A model generated the notes under the pieces. It saw only the letters and a list, made by a program, of their open reading frames with translations. It was not told where the DNA came from and made no database searches. Of a stretch of 64,000 bases of DNA, positions 8,724 to 17,229 are shown in pieces; positions within the stretch are counted from its first letter, which is position 1, and each line of letters begins with the position of its first letter. The translations under genes were made by a program, and so were the position numbers. The stretch covers positions 15,463 through 79,462 of the forward strand of contig CALKBZ010000022.1 in assembly GCA_937775295.1 (NCBI GenBank). Direction: 5' to 3'. Source of the stretch: an uncultured Opitutales bacterium (GTDB lineage: Bacteria > Verrucomicrobiota > Verrucomicrobiia > Opitutales > Coraliomargaritaceae).

Positions 8724-10172
8724 TTACTCGATGATCAGACCTTCGACGATCGCAGGCCTATCCGCGAGCGCGGCCCATTGCGCGACAAAGTCAGCTTCAT
8801 CCGCGGCAAACAAGTGGCAGATCTCAAACCAGGTGCTCGGCACGCCGGACTCATCCGTCTCGATTTCTTCGCCCGCAGCTCTCAACCAACGAACAAACAT
8901 ACGCAGTTGGTCCCGCTTGCAAGACTTTGGCGAGTCTACCCCTTCGGCATTCTTCACTGGGCTAAAATCATCCTCTCGAGCCGCTTCGATGATCACTGGA
9001 TTTTTTGCTAGCGGCAGCGCGTCGAACACGAACATCTCAAACTTCACACCATTCGCAGCCTCCGGAGTGACGATCACACCATCCGCACCAACATACGGGA
9101 TTTTCTTGTCCGCGCGGTGAAACGGCAGCTGCAAATCCGATGTGGTACTGCCCGCTCGCGCGATGAATGCACGGTCGAAAATGTGAATCGCGACACTACC
9201 GCCATTGAATCGGATCGAGCCATCAGCATTCGTCTGCTCCTGCATCGCATCGGGCATGTCGCTATATTCTACTACCAGAGCCGCATCATCTTGCATACAA
9301 AAGTGACCGACCTTTTCGAGCGCATAAGCTTTCGGCACCATCTTACTCGAAAGTTCGGACTGCCCGAGCACATGGAAACCAATAAAGGCCGGATCGATAC
9401 ATTGTATAATTGGATTATCCACTTGGAAATAACTCACGCAATCGACGCCCAGCTCCTCCATCTTCGCAACCGCACCACTACGCACCAATGCACGCAGCGA
9501 ACCACCATGCCCATCTGGGGTCATCGCGATCTTCGATTTCTCAGCTAGCAGGATCTTGCCACTATAATCAACCGCCGGCACCAGTCCCTGCATGATGAAA
9601 TGAACCGAATCTGCGTTAATTCCAAAAAAATCGGACTCTTTAAAAGCAGCCACCGTGGCGTCGTTGTTGATCTCACTGGTGAGAATGAACCAAGGAATCG
9701 TCACACCGAAACGCTCACCTGAACGTGCGATCTTCTCTGCAAACACCTGAAACAGAGTTTTCTGTGACACTGGTGTCACCGGATATGTGCCCTTCGGCCC
9801 GTCATAGCCTAGTCGCGTGCCCTGCCCCCCGGCCACTGTAAAGGCCGCCACTCGGCCTGCTGTAATCGCAGCCGAACCCGCCTCGACTGCGGCGTCCCAT
9901 TGCGCTTGGTCACCTCCATTCGCAGGTAGCGCCGTGTAAGGCGCTGGCGTCAAACCATCAAGGTCGACCGAACTCGAATGCTCGCCGTTGATGTGCTCAG
10001 CCACCAACGCATCGACTTCCGCGAGGTCAATCGTCGCCGCTTGCGCAAGCAATTGAGCCTGCCCATCGCCATCCAGTTCGTCGAAATAGCGGAAGACCTG
10101 CCCTTGGCCAGCCCCTTGAAATGCTTGAATGAGAGATGCGGTTGATTCGGAATTATTCATAATTAGAGCCAA
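8724..10172 (-). CDS. UDP-sugar / UDP-N-acetylhexosamine pyrophosphorylase (UAP1/UGPase family)
   Basis: Nucleotide-binding motif VAGGQGTRLGYDGPKGTYPV and about 480 aa, in the UTP--hexose-1-phosphate uridylyltransferase family pattern. Confidence 0.8.
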   Translation of the reverse strand: MALIMNNSESTASLIQAFQGAGQGQVFRYFDELDGDGQAQLLAQAATIDLAEVDALVAEHINGEHSSSVDLDGLTPAPYTALPANGGDQAQWDAAVEAGSAAITAGRVAAFTVAGGQGTRLGYDGPKGTYPVTPVSQKTLFQVFAEKIARSGERFGVTIPWFILTSEINNDATVAAFKESDFFGINADSVHFIMQGLVPAVDYSGKILLAEKSKIAMTPDGHGGSLRALVRSGAVAKMEELGVDCVSYFQVDNPIIQCIDPAFIGFHVLGQSELSSKMVPKAYALEKVGHFCMQDDAALVVEYSDMPDAMQEQTNADGSIRFNGGSVAIHIFDRAFIARAGSTTSDLQLPFHRADKKIPYVGADGVIVTPEAANGVKFEMFVFDALPLAKNPVIIEAAREDDFSPVKNAEGVDSPKSCKRDQLRMFVRWLRAAGEEIETDESGVPSTWFEICHLFAADEADFVAQWAALADRPAIVEGLIIE

Positions 10173-10268
10173 AATTGACTAAAGTGCTGCATCGAAAATG
10201 CAAACCTCTATGCACGGACTGCGTAAAATCAAAGTTAAACCCCTATGGAGCCTTATCCGCAGTGCCAA

Positions 10269-10571
10269 TCAACGCTCCTCCGAAAAACGGAACAGCAATT
10301 CATCGGGACGTGCGTATCCAAGCCGCTCGCGCACCACACGCTCCAAAAACTCTGAGTCTTCCAGCATTCGCGCCAAATACATCTCCTTTTGTTCAAACTC
10401 TTTTCGAGCTTGTGTGAGCTTCGCCTCAATTCTGAGTTCTCGAACTCTAAAGTTCTTATACTCTCGATAAGTCTGAACCATGAGGCTGCTAAAGAATACG
10501 ATCAATGCCAACAGCACTCCCATCATCATTAGCAGGATTACGCGTTCTTTTCGCTGTGAAGAATTCGGCAT
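10269..10571 (-). CDS. ftsB: Septum formation initiator (FtsB/DivIC family)
   Basis: 100 aa with a single N-terminal TM (VILLMMMGVLLALIVFFSSL), then a coiled coil, then the conserved LERVVRERLGYARPDELLF tail. Confidence 0.8.
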   Translation of the reverse strand: MPNSSQRKERVILLMMMGVLLALIVFFSSLMVQTYREYKNFRVRELRIEAKLTQARKEFEQKEMYLARMLEDSEFLERVVRERLGYARPDELLFRFSEER

Positions 10572-10944
10572 TAGACTCCATACAGAAGGTCATTTTCTTA
10601 ATATTGGAAAGCGAAAACTCAGCTTCGCATAGAAGATTCCACCACATAACTATCAGGATTATTTTGAATTTTCGGAAATGCCCCGTCACGTCAGGCCTAA
10701 TCCGCGTTTTCTATTTCTAAACCTGCTTCACAAAAAGGCAGCGTAGCACATTTGCGATGGCATCGAGGATAAAAAGAGCTTCATCCTCAGAACTGGCGAA
10801 GACAATTATGGCAATACCGCGCTGTGCGGCAAACTCCTAGGTAGTCTATTCGCGCGGCAGCCACAGCCGTTCCCGCGTCGCTGCAGGCGGACCCCACCCA
10901 GCCCCTGGGCGCTCTCCCCAGGTGTCCCTGCGCGCCGGTCCCGC

Positions 10945-11262
10945 GGAATCGACTACGCAGCCGCAGGCGAAGACCCCACCCAGATCACCATCTGGGTTCG
11001 ACTAACTCACACGCAAGTGTGTCACCATGCGCAGCCTGGTATTCCCGCTGGGAATCGACTACGCAGCCGCAGGCGAAGACCCCACCCAGATCACCATCTG
11101 GGTTCGACTAACTCACACGCAAGTGTGTCACCATGCGCAGCCTGATATTCCCGCTGGGAATCGACTACGCAGCCGCAGGCGAAGACCCCACCCAGATCAC
11201 CATCTGGGTTCGACTCACTCACACGCAAGTGTGTCACCATGCGCAGCCTGGTATTCCCGCTG
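10945..11262. repeat. Three tandem 106-bp repeats (10945-11050, 11051-11156, 11157-11262), each containing the 3'-terminal part of the adjacent tRNA-Arg
   Basis: Direct reading shows the units differ by one substitution each (cctgGtattc vs cctgAtattc; cgactAactc vs cgactCactc). A shorter degenerate copy precedes them at about 10862-10944. Confidence 0.95.
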
Positions 11263-11323
11263 GGAATCGAACCCAGATCGACTATTTAGGAAACAGTTGT
11301 TCTATCCATTGAACTACGAGAAC
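11249..11323 (-). tRNA. tRNA-Arg (anticodon CCT), CCA-encoded
   Basis: Minus strand reads GTTCTCG TA GTTC AATGGATA GAAC A ACTGT TTCCTAA ATAGT CGAT CTGGG TTCGATT CCCAG CGGGAAT A CCA. It folds by hand into a 75-nt cloverleaf with two G-U pairs in the acceptor stem. Confidence 0.85.
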
Positions 11324-11429
11324 GAAAATCAGATGCGCCGAACCTAGTCCCCTCGAACAAACGATCAAGCTCAGAGATAGATAAAGCTTAGACTTGGCAA
11401 ACTGGTGAACATTCGCACAGTCAACAACA

Positions 11430-13556
11430 ATGACACCAGAAGAAGCACTGCAAAAGTATTTCGGGATGCCCGCGTTTCGGGAACCGCAAGGCGATATTAT
11501 ACGCGCAGTGCTAGAGAAGAAGGATACACTCGTCGTGATGCCAACTGGCGGCGGTAAGAGTCTCTGCTTCCAACTGCCCGCGCTGCTACTCCCTGGCGTC
11601 ACCTTAGTTGTCTCGCCATTGATCGCACTGATGAAAGATCAGGTCGATGCGCTGCAAGCTCGCGGTCTGCCCGCTGGCTTACTGAATAGCTCACAAACTC
11701 TGGAGCAACAACGGGAAACACTCGATGGCATCCGCAAGCGCACACTGAAACTCGTTTACGTCGCCCCGGAGCGCTTTCGTTCACAATCATTTCTCAATGC
11801 ACTGTCGAAAGATGCGATCAGCCTGTTCGCGATCGACGAAGCGCACTGCCTCTCACAATGGGGGCACGACTTCCGCCCCGACTACATGCGCCTCGGCGAA
11901 GCGCGAAAAGCCATCGGCAATCCGCCCTGCATTGCATTGACCGCGACGGCGACGCCGGATGTGCAACTCGACATCAAGAAGAGCCTCGAAATGGAGGATG
12001 CCGCCGAGTTCGTAGCGGGATTTTCGCGTAACAATCTGAGCTTCAGAGTGCGTCAGGTCAATTCGGACAACGACAAGATGCAAGCGCTGCAAGCGCTGAT
12101 CAAGCAACACACGACCGGCATCATCTATTGTGCAACGCGTAAATCGGTCGATGCCGTGGCCAGTAAAATCGAGCATTTAACTAGCTCTGTCATACGTTAC
12201 CACGGCGGCCTCTCCGATCGCGACCGCAGTGCCGCACAGGAGAGTTTCATGACCGGCAGCGCCAATATCGTGGTCGCCACCAATGCCTTCGGCATGGGCA
12301 TCGACCGCTCCGACATCCGCTTCGTCTGCCACTACGAAATGCCCGGCAGCGTCGAGGCCTACTATCAGGAAGGCGGACGCGCCGGACGCGACGGCAAGCC
12401 CTCCGTGTGTGAAATGCTTTTTTCCTATGCGGACAAGCGCGTGCAGGACTTTTTTATCGACGGCGCCAATCCCGGCAAAGCACTGATCGCCGAAATCTTT
12501 GACCTACTTTGCGCGGAAAGTGACGCGCAGCACGAAGTGCGTTTGCCCGTGGACGACCTCTGCGAGCGCGTTGGCCGTAAAGTCAACCCGATGGCAGTCA
12601 GTACCGCCATCTCGGTATTGGCTCGGCAAGGTTGGATCGAGCGATTCGACATTCCAGGCAAACGCCTAAAGGGCACACGCATCAAGCGACTCGGGCAAAG
12701 TGGCAACAGCCTACCGATTGATGGCCAAGCGCTGGCTCTTAAAGCGGCTCGCGACGAAGAGCGCCTCAAGACCGTGATCAACTTTTCGTATGCGCAAAGC
12801 TGCCGCCAAAAATGGATCCTCGACTACTTCGGCGAACGCAACGGCGCAGACTGTAAGCGCTGCGACAATTGTAGGCAGGCCAAGAATAGCGCCGCCCGCG
12901 AGCCGAGCAAAGACGAATTCACACTCGTGCAGAAGGCCCTCAGCGGGGTCGCACGCATGAGTCGTCACCTCGGCTCCGATGAGTGGGCGCCGCGCTTCGG
13001 CAAACGAAAGATCATCCAATGCCTGCTTGGCAGCCAAAGCACCGCGATCCGCGACAGTGGCCTCGACGAGTTATCCACACACGGCATCCTCAAGACTGAA
13101 GGCAGCGCCTACGTGGATGCGCTGTTCGAATGCCTTGAACGCGCCAGCCTGGTGCAGACTGTCGTTGAGGGGAACTACCCGTTGCTTCAACTAATGCCCA
13201 CGGGCGCCCGTGTCATGCGTGGCACAGAACGTATCGACCTCGAACTGCCCGAACGCACCGCAGGAGCGCTTAGGCATAAAAGCGGCAACTCAACCACTCC
13301 CTCCAATCGCAAAAGCCGCGAATTGGGAGGCATACTGGATCGCCATCTTTATGGACTACTGGTCGGCCATCGTGCCAAGATGGCCGCTAAAACCGGCAAA
13401 CCTGCGTTTACTGTGTTTCCTAATTCGGTACTCGTTGAACTCGCCAATCAGAAACCTCAAACCGAACAAGAAGCCCGCGATATTAAAGGAATTGGGCCCG
13501 CTAAATTGAAATCCGTACTGCCAGAGTTTTTAGAAGTCATCCGAAAAAACTGCTAA
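11430..13556 (+). CDS. recQ: ATP-dependent DNA helicase RecQ
   Basis: YFGMPAFREPQGDII start, Walker A PTGGGKS, DEAH box FAIDEAHCLSQWGHDFRPDY, a Zn-binding Cys cluster (CRQ...CKRCDNC) and a C-terminal HRDC-like region. Confidence 0.93.
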   Translation: MTPEEALQKYFGMPAFREPQGDIIRAVLEKKDTLVVMPTGGGKSLCFQLPALLLPGVTLVVSPLIALMKDQVDALQARGLPAGLLNSSQTLEQQRETLDGIRKRTLKLVYVAPERFRSQSFLNALSKDAISLFAIDEAHCLSQWGHDFRPDYMRLGEARKAIGNPPCIALTATATPDVQLDIKKSLEMEDAAEFVAGFSRNNLSFRVRQVNSDNDKMQALQALIKQHTTGIIYCATRKSVDAVASKIEHLTSSVIRYHGGLSDRDRSAAQESFMTGSANIVVATNAFGMGIDRSDIRFVCHYEMPGSVEAYYQEGGRAGRDGKPSVCEMLFSYADKRVQDFFIDGANPGKALIAEIFDLLCAESDAQHEVRLPVDDLCERVGRKVNPMAVSTAISVLARQGWIERFDIPGKRLKGTRIKRLGQSGNSLPIDGQALALKAARDEERLKTVINFSYAQSCRQKWILDYFGERNGADCKRCDNCRQAKNSAAREPSKDEFTLVQKALSGVARMSRHLGSDEWAPRFGKRKIIQCLLGSQSTAIRDSGLDELSTHGILKTEGSAYVDALFECLERASLVQTVVEGNYPLLQLMPTGARVMRGTERIDLELPERTAGALRHKSGNSTTPSNRKSRELGGILDRHLYGLLVGHRAKMAAKTGKPAFTVFPNSVLVELANQKPQTEQEARDIKGIGPAKLKSVLPEFLEVIRKNC

Positions 13557-13655
13557 GCTACTCACGAGCAAGGCCTTGCAGTCAAACCAAAACAACCACC
13601 TAGGGTGAAAATTTTACTTGCACCCGTGCCTGGAACACCTACTTTCCTTCGCTTT

Positions 13656-13853
13656 ATGAGCACAGACACTAAGAAACTCAATCGCTCCCGCAACCCGATG
13701 GACTTAACGTTCAACGATGTAGAGCAACTCTCTCGCTTCATTACTGAAACGGGCAAGATCCTTCCTCGTAAAGACACAGGCCTTTCCGCAAAGCATCAGC
13801 GTCGCATTACGAAACTCATCAAGCAGGGTCGTAACATGCTGACTATGCAGTAA
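13656..13853 (+). CDS. rpsR: 30S ribosomal protein S18
   Basis: LSRFITETGKILPRKDTGLSAKHQRRITKLIKQGRNM is the conserved S18 core. The internal ATG at 13656 gives a normal-length protein, so the listed start at 13605 is probably too long. Confidence 0.85.
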   Translation: MSTDTKKLNRSRNPMDLTFNDVEQLSRFITETGKILPRKDTGLSAKHQRRITKLIKQGRNMLTMQ

Positions 13854-13880
13854 GCTGCGTCACGAATATAGGACTTTCCA

Positions 13881-13910
13881 ATCCTTCCTCAGCAGAGGAA
13901 GGATTTTTTA
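13881..13910 (+). terminator. Intrinsic terminator after rpsR
   Basis: Stem TCCTTCCTC / GAGGAAGGA with loop AGCA, followed by TTTTTT. Confidence 0.8.
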
Positions 13911-13931
13911 TATCCACAATTCCAATCAACC

Positions 13932-14939
13932 ATGGACCACAGCAGCAAAGTCCTCGAAGCCACCGCAGCGAACTTAGCCCACTGCGCTGAATTGCTGCGC
14001 GCCGACGAAGTCGTCGGTATGCCCACTGAGACCGTCTATGGCCTCGCAGGTAATGCGCTCAATGCGAGCAGCGTGCGCAAGATTTTCGCGGTCAAAGGCC
14101 GCCCGCTAATCGACCCATTGATTGTGCACTTCAGCGACTTAGAAGCGGCTGAGGCACATATCGAAACGAACGATAGCGTACGCCAACTCGCAGCAGCTTT
14201 CTGGCCAGGGCCCCTGACCATGGTCGTGCCCAAGCAAACAAGCATCCCAGACCTGGTCACGGCTGGCTTGCCCAGCGTGGCAATCCGCGTGCCACAGCAC
14301 CCAGTCTTTCGCAATATCCTAAAGCGCATCAACTTCCCACTGGCCGCCCCTAGCGCTAACCCCTTCGGCTACGTCAGCCCGACGCTCGCGAGTCACGTGG
14401 CGCATACCCTCGGCAGCCGCATTAAAGCGGTACTCGATGGTGGTCCCTGCGACTTCGGACTCGAATCAACCATCATTGATCTGCGCAATCCACAAGTACC
14501 CGTAATTCTTAGGCACGGCCCAGTGACGGAGGCGCAGATTAACCAAATCCTACAGGTCAACGTGAGTTCACACAGTGGTGTCGCAAACGACACTGCACCT
14601 CAGAGTGCCCCAGGCCTACTAACTAGGCACTACAGCCCAATAGCTCGCGTCACTCTAATCCCGCACGGCGAGACATTCACTGCCGCCGCTGCGCCCGAAC
14701 CGGCGATTGCGCTCGTCTACAATCAAAAGCCCATCTGGCATACAGGTCAGGCCAATATTTTCTGGCTCTCCGAAACAGGTCAGCTCAAGGAAATCGCCCA
14801 CAACCTATTTGAGTTAATCCAACGACTCGATCAGCAAGGCTACCAACAGCTATGGATCGAACAGGCAGCCGAAGAGGGACTCGGCCATGCGATCAACGAT
14901 CGACTCAGCCGCGCGGCTGCCAAGCTCGACGCTGAGTGA
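13932..14939 (+). CDS. tsaC: L-threonylcarbamoyladenylate synthase (Sua5/YwlC-type TsaC with C-terminal Sua5 domain)
   Basis: YrdC-domain motifs VGMPTETVYGLAGNA, KGRPLIDPLIVH and SANPFGYVSPT. The 335-aa length implies the extra Sua5 C-terminal domain. Confidence 0.88.
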   Translation: MDHSSKVLEATAANLAHCAELLRADEVVGMPTETVYGLAGNALNASSVRKIFAVKGRPLIDPLIVHFSDLEAAEAHIETNDSVRQLAAAFWPGPLTMVVPKQTSIPDLVTAGLPSVAIRVPQHPVFRNILKRINFPLAAPSANPFGYVSPTLASHVAHTLGSRIKAVLDGGPCDFGLESTIIDLRNPQVPVILRHGPVTEAQINQILQVNVSSHSGVANDTAPQSAPGLLTRHYSPIARVTLIPHGETFTAAAAPEPAIALVYNQKPIWHTGQANIFWLSETGQLKEIAHNLFELIQRLDQQGYQQLWIEQAAEEGLGHAINDRLSRAAAKLDAE

Positions 14940-15037
14940 ACTGGACGGCTAAAAGCCTCAACGCCCCCTTTCGACGCAAGGCACTGGGAGCCACTTTGGC
15001 AAGACCACCATTGTCAGATCTAGCAACTGAATCGACC

Positions 15038-15058
15038 GTAACCGGTAGTTTGTCCCCC
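15038..15058. repeat. IS66 terminal inverted repeat (low-coordinate end)
   Basis: GTAACCGGTAGTTTGTCCCCC matches the reverse complement of 17005-17025 (GTAAACGGTAGTTCGTCCCCC) at 19 of 21 positions. Confidence 0.85.
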
Positions 15059-16570
15059 TCAAAAACTGGCACGATTTTGTTTCCAGAGCTTCGGTTGAAG
15101 AAGCCTGAGATCTGGGTCAGTGGTCTTCATATGCGGTAATCGCTCAAGGACATCTTGAAGGTATGCCTGTGGATCAACGCCGTGCGTTTTACAGTTCTGG
15201 ACGATGGTGTAGATAATTGCAGAGCGTTGTCCCGCCTGTGGATGACCGACGAAGAGCCAATTTTTCATGCCCAGCTTAGTTGGTCGCACCGCTCGCTCAG
15301 CTGCATTATTGTCAATGGTTGCATCTGGGTAGTAAGGGTAGCGACACAGGTTGTTCCAGATATTGAGTGTATATTTGACTGCCTTGTAGGTTTTGGATTC
15401 GTGGTCGAGAGTCAGAAGGTCGATGTCTAATTGCGCTTTAATCTGCTTAAGGATGGGGCGGCTTCTTGCTATTCGTGTGACGACGACATCCCCGGCTGGG
15501 TTCCGCTTGAGTTCTCGCTCGATCTCGTAGAGTTCGCCAATGCGTAAGATATACCAGCCACTGCACCGTTCGTCATGATCGTGCCATGCTTAATGGAACT
15601 TACGCCGCGCATGCGCCATGCACCCAACAATGAGGAAGCCTTCCTTGGCACTGATCGAACTGTAAACGCTGTAAGCATCCGCTTGCAAGAGACCGCGATA
15701 ACCATTGAGCATTGACTCGGCGCACTTTGCCGAGCGCTCCATGTGCCATTCATACACACAGTCGCCTTGCCGATTCGTGTAAACCCACAGGTAACCTTTA
15801 CGACTTCCTTTGCAAAAGTCACTATCTAGACAAGTGATGGGGGTCTCATCTGCATTGAGATAAAGCGAACTTCGCACATCACTTTTAATCGATTCGTAAA
15901 TCAACGATAACCACTGCTCGGCCACATGTTGAACCCATCCGCCCATCGTTTTACGGCTAATGTTCACTCCAGAGCGCAACTGAAAAGACTGCTCCAAGCG
16001 GTGCAGCGGCATATGTTCGAGATACTTTGCAAGCATCACATGCACCAGCAACCGGACCGCGGCCAAGCCGCCCAAGAGCACTCGTGGAGGGCGCGGCGCA
16101 GTGAGTGGAGCGCTGGAGCGATCTCCCTTACGCACATAGCGAGGAAACTCCTGCTTGATCTTAATAAATTTAGCAGGCTCCAGATCGATAATCTCAGTCA
16201 CCTCTGGCCTGCCGATCTCACGAAAGTCCTCCGGCGCAGCCAGCACTTCCTCTGATATGATGCGCTCAGTGCGTTCTTCAACGTTATCAGGTAAACTGAA
16301 GCGTTTGACTCGCTCGGTGACCTCTTCCTTAGACCCCACCACCAGATCGTCGATCTGTGCATCCTCCTCCTCGCTACTCTGAGCCTAAAGGCTGACCAGT
16401 TGTGCTTCGGCCAGTCCCAGTTGGATCTCCAATTGAGCATGGTCGACCTTCTCGCCACGCCCTGTGCCAAAGAGCTCCTGGCGCAACGCTCCGATCAACT
16501 GAGTCAATCGATCCAGTTCCGCCGATCTCGCTCTTGCCGGCGAAGTAAGCGCTTGTGCTCGCGTTGCCAT
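15059..16570 (-). pseudogene. IS66-family transposase (TnpC) frame of about 503 codons, interrupted by two in-frame stops
   Basis: ORFs 16385..16570, 15590..16342 and 15059..15289 are all in one frame. Hand translation across the joins gives ...AEAQLVSL*AQSSEEEDAQIDDLVVGSKEE... (TAG at 16385-16387). The second join gives ...CMAHARRKFH*AWHDHDERCSGWYILRIGELYEIEREL... (TAA at 15590-15592). No frameshift is seen. Confidence 0.8.
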
Positions 16571-16666
16571 GCCTCCCGCTAGGCCAAAAGTGATTCAACT
16601 GTAAGATCTGCGCTAATCTAATAAACGATGCTTTAATATCATTGAAAATGGAAGCATAAAAACAAA

Positions 16667-16966
16667 TTAATCGTAAATCTTTGGCTTCTTTTCCGAACAC
16701 AAGTCCGCTGCCGCAGCTGCATCGAGAATCGAAGTGCCGCGACTATGCTCCACCCAGCAGTAATGCCCCTGCTTTAAACGGCGAGTCCCCATCCAGCCCC
16801 CAGAGCTGTTCTGGCGCACGCGCTTCATCAGCGTGCGCAAACAATTACTAAACAGATACCACGTATGAGGCTCAGGATCGTCCACTAGAGCTAACAGCCC
16901 TGCGGCTCCCTTGCGTAAATCCAACACGCCGTGAAAGAGTATGACTTTTGAGTCTTCGAATTGCAT
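16667..16966 (-). CDS. IS66 Orf2-like protein (TnpB of IS66 family)
   Basis: GVLDLRKGAAGLLALV...YLFSN...GGWMGTRRLKQGHYCW matches the IS66 Orf2 pattern (DMRKG..GL..LV, F.N...D..K.L.WD..G..L..KRL..G.F.W). It lies immediately upstream of tnpC. Confidence 0.7.
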   Translation of the reverse strand: MQFEDSKVILFHGVLDLRKGAAGLLALVDDPEPHTWYLFSNCLRTLMKRVRQNSSGGWMGTRRLKQGHYCWVEHSRGTSILDAAAAADLCSEKKPKIYD

Positions 16967-17004
16967 CCAAGCAGAATAACTTAATCAAAGACATTTGCAT
17001 AGGT

Positions 17005-17025
17005 GGGGGACGAACTACCGTTTAC
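17005..17025. repeat. IS66 terminal inverted repeat (high-coordinate end)
   Basis: The plus strand GGGGGACGAACTACCGTTTAC is the reverse complement partner of 15038-15058. Confidence 0.85.
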
Positions 17026-17174
17026 ATTTGAACGCATTTAAAGTAAAGATAGGTCGAAGAGACGCCCCTCAACTCCTTCATATTGCCTCTAAAATGATAA
17101 AATTGCGGGTCCCACGAAAACCTCGCCTCGCTTGCAATACGTAAGCGTTGCAGCACCAATCGAAGGTGAAACAC

Positions 17175-17204
17175 AAAAAAGACCCGCCGAGTACGGCGGG
17201 TCTT
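17175..17204 (-). terminator. Intrinsic terminator downstream of the Wzc-like gene
   Basis: Stem GACCCGCCG / CGGCGGGTC with a 4-nt loop. On the minus strand it is followed by TTTTTT. Confidence 0.8.
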
Positions 17205-17229
17205 ATATCAATTAACTCGAAGTGGTCAC

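Larger units (their letters stand above)
15038..17025 (-). mobile_element. IS66-family insertion sequence (tnpB plus interrupted tnpC; no tnpA-like orf1)
   Basis: Bounded by 21-bp imperfect inverted repeats starting with GTAA. It contains IS66 Orf2 (TnpB) and IS66 transposase homologous frames. Confidence 0.85.

Noticed and set aside
10945-11262. Possible CRISPR array, given the regular direct repeats.
   Set aside because: The units are contiguous 106-bp copies with no variable spacers, there are no cas genes nearby, and part of each unit is tRNA-derived. This is a tandem repeat, not a CRISPR array.
11027-11347. 106-aa plus-strand ORF running through the tandem repeats and into the tRNA.
   Set aside because: The repeat period of 106 bp is not a multiple of 3, so identical DNA units are read in three different frames. 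The ORF also overlaps the tRNA gene. It is an artefact of the repeat.
14936-15139. 67-aa plus-strand ORF spanning the tsaC 3' flank and the IS66 inverted repeat.
   Set aside because: It crosses the IS boundary, overlaps the transposase C-terminal coding frame on the opposite strand, and has no recognisable features.
16198-16700. Other-frame ORFs inside the IS66 element (16198..16470 -, 16374..16700 -, 16400..16582 +).
   Set aside because: They overlap the frame that carries conserved IS66 TnpC blocks and show no family motifs. They are shadow ORFs.
15030-17033. 8-bp target-site duplication flanking the IS66 element.
   Set aside because: The flanks are AATCGACC and ATTTGAAC, which match at only 5 of 8 positions. 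No clean duplication can be claimed.
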